38,752 bases of DNA, taken from NCBI GenBank assembly GCA_046582655.1, contig JAYGDX010000272.1:1-38752 (forward strand), read 5' to 3'. Shown piece after piece: positions 1-8,825 of the stretch. Position 1 is the stretch's first letter, and each line of letters opens with the position of its first letter. This DNA is from Candidatus Poribacteria bacterium. Its GTDB lineage: Bacteria; Poribacteria; WGA-4E; UBA9662. Under the pieces are notes generated by a model, which ran no database searches, was not told the DNA's origin, and saw only the letters and a program-made list of their open reading frames with translations. The position numbers and the translations under genes were made by a program.

Positions 1-122
1 ATGTCGATTTCGCCAAAGAAATGACTGACATGGCGCGTAACCAGATTTTGGTGCAGTCCAGTTCATCCATATTGGCACAAGCCAATCAGATAAACCAAAG
101 CGTCTTAGGACTACTAAAGTAG
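1..122 (+). CDS. fliC: Flagellin, C-terminal end (gene truncated by window start)
   Basis: Frame starting at nt 3 reads VDFAKEMTDMARNQILVQSSSSILAQANQINQSVLGLLK*, the conserved flagellin C-terminal helix (DxAxEM...QIL.Q....LAQANQ....VL.LL). Stop TAG 120-122. Not in the ORF track. Confidence 0.9.
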   Translation, partial: VDFAKEMTDMARNQILVQSSSSILAQANQINQSVLGLLK

Positions 123-524
123 CGGAAGACGGTTAAAATTATGAGGAAAAAAGTGGAAAACTGACATTGAGATGTGTATTTGCCCTTGTTTTCTTTAGTA
201 GGTTCGACTTTCATTACAGCCTCACAAAACTATGGTATCAGAGCTCAAAAGCGATCTCAAGAGCTTCTTTGAAGCACCAAACCATGATGTTTTTCATATA
301 TGGAGGGTGAGCGCGTGGTCGTTAATAAAGAAAACTCATGGGAATTCGGCATCAGACATGAGGGCTTTTTCAATCCGTCCTCAATGGTAGTGACGGTTGG
401 GCATCCAAGAGCACCGCGGCATTGGCATGGGACATTTTAGCATTTGCTATGGAGCCTATATCTCAGCGGAAACTGGGCAGTAATATGTATTGTCAGGTTG
501 GATGTAATCACGGAGAAAATCCTG

Positions 525-1205
525 ATGACTAAACGTAGCATATTTGATCTCTTTACAAAATCCCCTTTTGGTGCGATACAGAGTCACATGAAAAAGGCAA
601 TTGAATGTGCCCAACAATTGGAACCACTTTTTTATGCGGCTTTTGCTGGTAATGAGGATGAAATTCAACGGATCACGAATCTTATCAACCAATTAGAAAA
701 TGAAGCTGATCAAATCAAAAACGAGATTCGAAATCATTTGCCTAAATCAATTTTATTATCAGTTGATAGAAGAGACCTATTGGACTTAATTCACACACAG
801 GATTCCATTGCAGATTCCGTGCAGGAAACTGCCGGATTACTTACCTTAAAGAAATTATCTTTTCCAACAAAGCTACAACCGGAAGCTTTGGATTTAATTA
901 GGGAGATTCTTGTTACCTGCGATCTAGCAGCAACAATTAGTAACGAAATGGATGAACTTGCCGAATCTACCTTTGGTGGACCTGAAGCCAAAAAGGTTTT
1001 GGTGATGATTGACCAACTAGACGACGTTGAGACAAAATCAGATGTAATCGGGATTACCCTCGCACGTCGAATTTTCGCCATGGAGGACCAAATGACTCCT
1101 GTGGATATCATGCTATGGCACCGAATCTTCTACATGGCGGGTCAAGTAGCAAATAATGCGGAGAGAATGGGTAATCGCGTCCGCTTACTAATTGCTCAGG
1201 TTTGA
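525..1205 (+). CDS. DUF47 / PhoU-like phosphate transport regulator (TIGR00153-type)
   Basis: SPF...HM, LENEADQIKNEIRNHLPKSILLSVDRRDLL...QDSIAD motifs, directly upstream of a Pit transporter. Start moved to ATG 525, which has GGAG at 512-515. Confidence 0.88.
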   Translation: MTKRSIFDLFTKSPFGAIQSHMKKAIECAQQLEPLFYAAFAGNEDEIQRITNLINQLENEADQIKNEIRNHLPKSILLSVDRRDLLDLIHTQDSIADSVQETAGLLTLKKLSFPTKLQPEALDLIREILVTCDLAATISNEMDELAESTFGGPEAKKVLVMIDQLDDVETKSDVIGITLARRIFAMEDQMTPVDIMLWHRIFYMAGQVANNAERMGNRVRLLIAQV

Positions 1206-1328
1206 CTAGGGATTACTCCAAACTCCGATAAAGAGGCGAAACGGAAACATAATCTTCCATTCTGCTTCGAGCCTCTAGCAATATTGCGTAATTACAAACA
1301 TAACAGTTTTTTTACAGAAAAGGGGAAA

Positions 1329-2789
1329 ATGGGAATTGAATCAATCATCATCCTGACTCTCGCTTTGGTTTTTGGATTTTATATGGCGTGGAACATCGGT
1401 GCCAATGACGTGGCAAATGCCATGGGTACTTCAATTGGTTCGGGGGCGTTAACACTGAAAAAGGCCATTCTTATTGCAGCCGTCTTTGAATTTGCTGGGG
1501 CATTCCTTGTTGGGTCCCATGTCACCGAAACTGTGCGAAAGGGAATAATTGATCTCAATATCTTCACCAAGATGGAAAATGGTACTAATATCTTGATGTA
1601 TGGGATGTTGGCTTCATTACTTGCCGCAGGAGCATGGTTGCAAATTGCTAGCTACTTTGGATGGCCAGTTTCAACCACGCATTCGATTGTTGGTGCAATC
1701 GTTGGTTTTGGGGTTATTGCTGGCGGTGCTGCAGGCGTCGATTGGGGGCAGATCGGCACAATCGTTATGAGTTGGGCTATCTCCCCATTGTTGAGTGGAA
1801 CGATTGCTTTCGTCGTTTTCTCGGTCATTCGCCGTTCAATGATTAATGTTCCTAATCCTGTTCAAGCCACAAAACGGTGGGCACCTGCCTTCATCTTTCT
1901 GGTCTTTGCTATCTTGACTCTTGTAATCCTCTTTAAAGGACTCAAAAATCTTCACCTTAATTTGAGTTTCCCCGAAGCGCTAACGATTGCCACTGGTATC
2001 GGGTTAGTTGCTTCAATTACTGGATGGCTGCTGATTAGGCGTATATATATACCACCATCAGTGGATGAGGAGACGACAATTCCTCTCGCTGCGATATCGG
2101 TAGATCTCCGATCGATGGCCAGACTCATCCGCCGAATTCAATCTAAGGCAACAGGGAAAACAGAAGGACATATAGGAGACATTCAAAAACATGTTGAACT
2201 GTTAACAAATATGGTCAAACGAAGCGAGGCACAAATACAGACAGATGGAGATTCCCAATTTGTTGAGAAAATCTTCGCTCATCTTCAAGTTATGAGTGCT
2301 TGTTTCGTCGCTTTCGCCCATGGTTCCAATGATGTTGCCAATGCTATTGGTCCACTTGCTGCGATTGTCTCCATCGTAAATGGAGGTGCAAGCGCACTTG
2401 TCGGCCAAACATCTGTTCCTGTCTGGATTTTGGGGTTAGGTGGCATTGGCATTATAATCGGTTTGTCGACGTGGGGATGGCGAGTTATTGAAACCATCGG
2501 TAAAAAGATTACTGAATTAACGCCAACACGCGGGTTTTCAGCCGAGTTTGCAGCAGCGGCGACAATTGTCCTTGCGTCTAGGTTGCGTATCCCAATCTCT
2601 ACAACACATACACTTGTTGGTGGGGTTCTAGGTGTTGGGATCGCTAGAGGGATTGAAAGCTTAAATCTACGTGTAGTCCGTGATATATTCACTTCCTGGG
2701 TTGTAACTTTACCTGCAGGTGCTGGAATGTCGATTGTCTTTTTCCTAATAATAAGAACTATGTTTAATAGTTTTGGGGCAGCAATCTAA
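1329..2789 (+). CDS. pit: Inorganic phosphate transporter, PiT family
   Basis: Both PiT signatures present (GANDVANAMGTS and AFAHGSNDVANAIGP), plus PVSTTHSIVG / PISTTHTLVG and many hydrophobic helices. Start ATG 1329 after AGGGG. Confidence 0.93.
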   Translation: MGIESIIILTLALVFGFYMAWNIGANDVANAMGTSIGSGALTLKKAILIAAVFEFAGAFLVGSHVTETVRKGIIDLNIFTKMENGTNILMYGMLASLLAAGAWLQIASYFGWPVSTTHSIVGAIVGFGVIAGGAAGVDWGQIGTIVMSWAISPLLSGTIAFVVFSVIRRSMINVPNPVQATKRWAPAFIFLVFAILTLVILFKGLKNLHLNLSFPEALTIATGIGLVASITGWLLIRRIYIPPSVDEETTIPLAAISVDLRSMARLIRRIQSKATGKTEGHIGDIQKHVELLTNMVKRSEAQIQTDGDSQFVEKIFAHLQVMSACFVAFAHGSNDVANAIGPLAAIVSIVNGGASALVGQTSVPVWILGLGGIGIIIGLSTWGWRVIETIGKKITELTPTRGFSAEFAAAATIVLASRLRIPISTTHTLVGGVLGVGIARGIESLNLRVVRDIFTSWVVTLPAGAGMSIVFFLIIRTMFNSFGAAI

Positions 2790-3645
2790 AATAGACCTTA
2801 TTGGGAATTGGATCTGTTGGCATGCGATCCTAAAATACTGTAACCTGGATGTAATCTTAGTTACTAAGGCTTGCCCACACCGAACAATAGCAATCTATTA
2901 TCTGTAAAAAATTTGGTAGGATGTCCATTTACATGAAGGTAAATCTGGTCGAGCATTCATCTCTGGGAGCAGGTACTTATCATCGATATGATCAATGGAA
3001 ATTCTTTGAAAATTCCACATTCTCCATAGGTATTCCTATGGCTATTTTTTGGGAAATCCACAAAGGTAGTTTTGAAAGTTTTCAAAACAAAGATGAGTTC
3101 AGATTGGCAATTCGTTCTTATCAATTGTAGGTCTCTTCTGTTTACAGGTTTTCCGTGCTTCAAAAATGCTGATAATTAGCCTTATCGAACATTATCTCGA
3201 TCCTTAAAAAGGAAGATTGGAAGATAAAAGATGGATGGTGGGAAAGCAACAACCCAGCCATCGGTCAAGGTACTTAAAGGTTTGCATTCAGCTGCATTCC
3301 GAAACACCTGATACTCCTAACTGGTATATTAAGCATCATTAGGCGTTAGGATGAACATTGCTATGGTACAGGTCACTCACATTCATCAGCGAGCATTTCA
3401 ACAACTTCAGGAATACATCCGCACAAAAATCCAACCTCTCCTTTAGGTGGGTAAGTGCACTATTTTGCAGTATATTCTTGACCATGTTACCATGAGAAAG
3501 TCTAAGCTAGTTCAGAAAATCGGCAATCAACAACTCTCCTGTACGGTTTGACATATACCTGAGTTGCTCTAGCAATACCTCTTCAGAATATATTTAGCAG
3601 AAAAATAGTACATTTCACACATTACGCAAAAGCAGGAAAATTACA

Positions 3646-4857
3646 GTGTCGTACCAAGAAAAACAATCGCACCAAAACATTTTGGACTCAATTAATCCAC
3701 AGGAGTTTGGAAAACTCCACTCCTTCATCAAACCAAAAACAGAGGAACTTCGATGGACGGAGATTCCTTGGGAGATTAACCTTTGGCAAGCACGGCAGAA
3801 GGCTGGTCAGCAGAATCGACCACTGTTCATCTGGGCCATGAATGGCAACCCGCTCGGATGTACCTGAAACAACGGTATTGCGGGCCGTGCGTCCATATTT
3901 TCACATCCTGACGTCATCCGGCTCATGCACGATTTTGTGCCGGTTGCCGATAATTGCAGTTACACTCAAAGCCTGCAGGATACGAAAGGAGAGTTCTTCT
4001 GCCTCGTCGCCGAGCAGGGGCACTATGGTGGTCAGACCAAGCCGACAACAACGCGACAGGGACTCTACACCTGCACCGTGGCTGGGGAGTTGTTAGCTTC
4101 CATAAACACGCGAGACGGTGACGAGGTTGCTGAGATGATGCGTCAAGCCTTGGAGAAATGGCATCAAAAACCAGATAGATCAACTGAGAAAGTTCCCAGT
4201 GGTTATGATCATGACCCACGTGAGGGCCGTTGGCAATACCCAGCAGACGGGCTTGTATTGAATCTCTATGTCCGTGATTTGCTCCGTGAGTCTGGTAAAA
4301 TCGATTCGCGCTGGAATCTTGACCACGTTTGGTTCACAAGAGATGAAGTGAGTTCGCTTATACTAGAAAATATGGTGATTGGAAAGAGCTACCCAATACC
4401 AGAACATCTGGCAAAACGGATTGCTAAACTCCATTTGGTTGACATTGCTCGTGGCGAATCTCCCCGATGGCGGAGTAATGATCTAAAGCAAGTTAAGATT
4501 GCATTAACTGTCGAGGAGATCACAGCCAGTCAGGTGACCTTGCGTCTTGAAGGAACTGTGCAGAATGAAGCTCCGCCGACTCTGTACATCAACCCATTTA
4601 GCAATCAAAAGGTGGACATGCCAAGGGGCATCAAACTTCAACTCCTCGGCTATCTGACGTACAATCGAAAGGCAGGAACATTTGAGAAGTTTGATGCCAT
4701 TGCTATTGGCTTACGTTGGGGTGCGACAGCCTTCAACGCCCGATTCGATGACTTGGGTCCTGCGCCAATCGGTTTTGCGTTCGAGCTTGCCTCTGATTCA
4801 GCGATGGATCGAACGCCACCGCAAGCGATTCTATCTCGTTATTTCGAGGCGGCGTGA
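3646..4857 (+). CDS. Predicted selenoprotein, 403 aa, thioredoxin-like N-terminal domain with Cys-Thr-Sec (TGA 3865-3867 read through)
   Basis: ORFs 3646-3867 and 3925-4857 are in the same frame. The 57 nt between them are open: ...ARQKAGQQNRPLFIWAMNGNPLGCT-[TGA]-NNGIAGRASIFSHPDVIRLMHDFVPVADNC... GTG 3646 has AGGA upstream, while ATG 3925 has no recognisable SD. A hairpin follows the TGA. Confidence 0.75.
3874..3899 (+). promoter_or_regulatory. Candidate bacterial SECIS element
   Basis: Hand-folded: GGUAU(3874-78)/AUAUU(3895-99) lower stem, UGC bulge, GGGC(3882-85)/GUCC(3891-94) upper stem, apical loop CGUGC with G-U at loop positions 2-3, starting 18 nt after the UGA. An alternative stem ACGGU/GCCGU is also possible. 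Confidence 0.5.
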
Positions 4858-5835
4858 AAGGCAGTTTATCAACGTGCCTAACCAGAAATTCACATAGCAT
4901 TGCCAAAATCACCATCGTTTGTTGTGTCCTAACCTTATATATCCATCAGTGGTTTTGTTGAGTTTAGCATCCTTCCACTGATCTCTTTGATCTTCTTCAT
5001 AATCTGCGAGAATGTAGAGACTAGGCGTCAGCGATGGCTCGAGCAGGAGCAATGAAATCCGCCGCCACCACATTTTGGTGATACTATAGATGTTCGATCT
5101 TATCTTAAATTGTACTAAAGTTAAATGAAGGAAATGATAGTCAATGGGTATAAGATAAAGCTTGGAGCTAAATTAGCTGACTCGAGTCATATATCAATGT
5201 TCCATATGAGCGGTGTCGCCTGTCTCCTTTTCTGCACAACAATGTGTTTCTCTGGGAAAGAATTGAGCATTACCATAGCAATTAGTCCCGTCTTTAACAA
5301 TATTGGTACTCCCACACCCTTGACATTTATAAGTTATTGTTTTCTATATCATGTTTTTTTGTTATACGATATCACTTACTTTTTTACCATTATCCATTCA
5401 GCACTACCAAGCCAATAGTACCTAAGAGAAGGCAGGTTGCTAGAAACAACATGAATCCTGAGAAAAGGAACTTCGGCGGACCAAGCATAAGGATGGAGAA
5501 TCCAATAACGGCTTTAGCTGATGCGTCGTTGCCAAATTTTAAAGTCTCCCAATGCGATGCAAGAAGAAGCCAAGAAAGAAGAGTTGGTAGGCCGTTTAGC
5601 CAGACTGAAGACACCGACTCGTCTCTTGTCATTGTGTGCCTGTCTGATTTGTGAACCGTCATATTACAGCTCGATGGCAATCAAAAGATCAGAAATTTGG
5701 TAACAATGTGGAGAAGGAAAGTCTGGACTCGATTTAGAATTAGACTTTTTAGACTCATTCTTGTTTGTTTTCAATAGTTTAGTAATAGAATCCAAACCAT
5801 TACTTTATTTAGCTAATCTAGCCTGGAGGATTAAG

Positions 5836-6636
5836 ATGGAACCAGAAGTTGCAAAAGAAACTCGAGAACGGATGTTATGTGATGGGTATTGTGTGATCCC
5901 AGATATTCTAAGCCAGGATTTTTTGCAGGAACTTCGCCAAGAATCGGATCGCTTAAACGATTCCATGGAACATCATCCCGATACCAAGTATCAAGGCACG
6001 CATCTCGGCATCCGCTATGAAGATAACGAGGTGATGCGGAGACTAGCGGAATGGAAACCTGCGCGACAAGCCTTGGAAGAGATCGGGTTTGGAGACTTTA
6101 TCCATGGTGGAGGCCTGATAGTGCTAACCAAAGAACCATTTGCACCCGCCCTCTATTGGCATCAAGACTGGATGCGATGGGAAGATCCACTTAGTAGTAC
6201 CCCTTGGCCACAAACTATTTTTCTGTCTTACTATCTTGAGGGTACCACCATTGAAAATGGCTGTTTTAAGGTCATCCCTGGGACACATCTGAAACGTATC
6301 CCATTGCACGATCAACTGGTTACGGCCCATGAGCAAGGAGCAAGATTTATCGAAGAAGATCATCCCATCATGTTCAGCGATCATCCAGATCAAGTGGATC
6401 TGCTGACCAAGGCAGGTTCGTTGGTGCTGGGGGACGCGCGGGTCTTACATGCAGCACGAAATAATCAGACTGCTGAACGTAGAGACTTGTTGCTACTGTG
6501 GCATAGCCGTCCGGAAACGGTTCCTGACTATTGGGATAGAGAGATTCCTCAGGTGATTGCAGAGCGTAACCCTGCAGCGACTTATCCAGGTTCTCGAATT
6601 CCTGGTCAATATCTCCAAGCCAAAATTCTTAACTAG
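5836..6636 (+). CDS. Phytanoyl-CoA dioxygenase (PhyH) family Fe(II)/2-oxoglutarate dioxygenase
   Basis: DGYCVIPDIL N-terminus, LYWHQD (HxD), ENGCFKVIPGTH, GSLVLGDARVLHAARNN..R (distal His and Arg). Start ATG 5836 after GGAGGA. Confidence 0.88.
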   Translation: MEPEVAKETRERMLCDGYCVIPDILSQDFLQELRQESDRLNDSMEHHPDTKYQGTHLGIRYEDNEVMRRLAEWKPARQALEEIGFGDFIHGGGLIVLTKEPFAPALYWHQDWMRWEDPLSSTPWPQTIFLSYYLEGTTIENGCFKVIPGTHLKRIPLHDQLVTAHEQGARFIEEDHPIMFSDHPDQVDLLTKAGSLVLGDARVLHAARNNQTAERRDLLLLWHSRPETVPDYWDREIPQVIAERNPAATYPGSRIPGQYLQAKILN

Positions 6637-6799
6637 AATCACACAAAATGGAAACAGAAGAACTTGGCGTTGCGATTGCCCGAAGGATTTTCGGTTTTAT
6701 GACGGTTTTTGGGTTTGTATTGGACTTTGGTTAGCAGCCCCCTGCCACACCTGAATTTTTTCGTTAGGAAGCAAAATAAGCCTTAATTAAGGAGATCAC

Positions 6800-7012
6800 A
6801 GCGTACTGGAGCCGAACTATTCATACTCAACGGCCATGATGGTGAGGTCAAATTCAGCCGCGTCTAATCCGGATGGTCAGCGGATTGTAACTGCTAGCGA
6901 TGATGGCCTTGTCCAAATCTGCACTACACACATCGATGAACTACTGCAGATCACCGAAAGTCGAGTAACCCGTCAATTAACGGCTGAGGAAAAAGAAAAG
7001 TATGGGTCTTAG
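6800..7012 (+). pseudogene. C-terminal remnant of a WD40-repeat protein
   Basis: Frameshifted fragments TGAELFILNGHDGEV / SAASNPDGQRIVTASDDGLVQI / DELLQITESRVTRQLTAEEKEKYGS*, typical of the last WD40 blade and tail of STAND-WD40 proteins. No start or N-terminus. Confidence 0.75.
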
Positions 7013-7069
7013 ATTTAAACTGATTCTGTTGATGTACTATATGCCCGATTTATCTTTTTATTATTGGTC

Positions 7070-7730
7070 GTTTGGGGGAGTCTAAGCATTGGAATACCGA
7101 TAACTGAAGACCACGTATCCACACAGAAGATGATAATCCTAATGTAGCAAAGAAGTATGCTAGCAAACATAACTTCATCGCTAATACCTTGTTTAGTTCA
7201 GATTAAAATAGATTTGCCATTCAGATTGGTTCCATCCCGAGAAGGTTGAGGGGAATTTCTTTTTTCGGAGTTAATATCATCACATTTTAGTCGCCACTCG
7301 TATTCTTTCCAACCTTCATCAAAATTTCCTGTCAACAATCGTCTTATGCCCAGATTATAATATGCTTCTGGACAGCTAGGCTGGATATGGATGGCTTGCC
7401 GATAGGCCTGAATCGATTCTTTCAACCTCCTTGCTCTTGTAAAGCGCTACCTAGACTGTTAAAAACATGTATTGGTTGAATTCTGTAGCCTGAGTGATCA
7501 AACCAGTTGCAATCTTATTCTCTCCAACCTGATAAGCAATAACACTTAGCAGAGGAATTGCCTCTGCATCTTGGGGGACAGTCTCTCTGTATCTGTTGGC
7601 ATCTTTGTTTTGTTTGCTGAAACTGATCTGCTTGATGAAGAGGAATAGCCTGTTGTAATTTGGCTTCAACATCCGTGGATGGACTAAAAGATTGTTGTTG
7701 AGGATTTGGTTGTTTTATCTGGTGTATCAT
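7070..7730 (-). pseudogene. Degraded TPR-repeat / glycosyltransferase-like protein
   Basis: Pieces in several frames: LQQAIPLHQA, AEAIPLLSVIAYQVG, QAYRQAIHIQPSCPEAYYNLG..LLTGNFDEGWKEYEWRL, LNGKSILI*, KQGISDEVMFAS (cf. EQGxGD of TPR-glycosyltransferases). Confidence 0.75.
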
Positions 7731-8000
7731 TGTTGCTTCACTACAACATCAGGAATTTCAAATCCTTCTGTAAAGATCGTCTCGTCGTTCCATTTAGCAT
7801 TACTCAATACAGCAGCTAGCATAACCCAAGTAAGTATTCATAAGTTACCGTACCGTTACTGAAATCTGTATCTCAGTCGACGTTAGGATCAACCAATACA
7901 TATTTGAATCAATAGGATTAAATCCTTCCAAGAACTTAGTTTTAGTCTGTATATAGAGCACCTTTCAAGTTTTGTATCTGTCGAGTTAGCTTCATTCAAC

Positions 8001-8201
8001 TTCTGTAAATAGTTTCTCGACCAAGCATAACAATGTCGGAATTGTCTTCAGTACAGAGGATTAATCGTTCTGGCAACTGTTGATTCTCTTTTTCTTCCAG
8101 CGATTGACGAACCAGAAACAGTATCTAAGGTTTCAACCTAACAACCCAAGCCAAACCTGCTTCGAAAGGGGTATAGCCAGTGACACATCAGTCCCCAAGA
8201 T
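8001..8201 (-). pseudogene. Diverged partial copy of the 3' (GcvT C-terminal) region of the dehydrogenase gene at 8826-11291
   Basis: 8001-8201 aligns colinearly with 9038-9239, e.g. ttgattctctttttcttccagcgattgacg is shared exactly, and ccaaacctgc(t/c)tcgaa and acatcagt recur at an offset of about 1037 nt. Confidence 0.85.
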
Positions 8202-8801
8202 TTGCGTTCAAAACTTCATCAAATCCTAGATGACCAGCTAGAATTTCTGCTATGTCTTGCACTTGAGCGCTACTGTCTTGTGAAGTCACGCCATCGGTCA
8301 TCATTGTTAAGCAAAAAGGACAACCTACAGCAATTGTATTCGCGCCGGTGTTCAATGCTTCTCTAGCATGAATAACGGAAACCCTTTGTGAAGGTTCTTC
8401 TTCCATCCACATTCTTCCACCACCAGCACCACAACAGAAAGTTTTATCCCGATTTCTTGGCATCTCTGTCAAACTGAGTGGAGATGACTCATCATCACAA
8501 CATTGGTTGCCGAGCGGATACTCCTTCTTCAAAGAATTCCAGCAATGTGGACACTGCGTTAGAATTTTTCGGACGTTGTATTTGAAAGGTGTTTAAGTCG
8601 GGGTTTCAACTGAATCACTATTTGTTTAAATCCACCTACGAAAAGTTGCTAAAGGTTGGCGGATGCGCCCTGACGCCAGAGTCTATAACGTCTGTAGATC
8701 CCATAACCGAAAACAATCGCTGAAACCATTACGAGTACATAGAAAGCTAATATTGATTCTAGTGGGATGTTTCCAAAGGTTTGTCGGGTCGCGTTCTCCA
8801 T
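8188..8801 (-). pseudogene. Internally deleted FadF/HdrD-like membrane Fe-S (CCG-domain) oxidoreductase
   Basis: N-terminus from ATG 8801 MENATRQTFGNIPLESILAFYVLVMVSAIVFGYGIYRRYRLWRQG, middle KILTQCPHC..LKKEYP, C-terminus EMPRNRDKTFCCGAGGGRMWMEE...IAVGCPFCLTMMTDGV...VQDIAEIL. Only about 600 nt remain of a family normally several hundred aa long. Confidence 0.8.
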
Positions 8802-8825
8802 GGACTTACCATTTGAGTAATTATT

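Noticed and set aside
300..450. Riboswitch or ncRNA upstream of the DUF47-pit operon
   Set aside because: No recognisable aptamer consensus or Pho box could be identified by eye.
2921..3163. ORFs 2921-3130 (+) and 2957-3163 (-)
   Set aside because: Short, AT-rich, mutually antisense, with no motif.
3340..3446. Possible sigma-factor region-4 remnant (LGVRMNIAMVQVTHIHQRAFQQLQEYIR)
   Set aside because: The resemblance is too short and weak to support without a search.
4900..5760. Short ORFs 5125-5418, 5337-5654, 5390-5680, 5521-5703
   Set aside because: They overlap each other and show no recognisable family. MIVNGYKIKLGAKL recalls a pentapeptide-repeat protein start, but no repeats follow. 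Probably gene debris.
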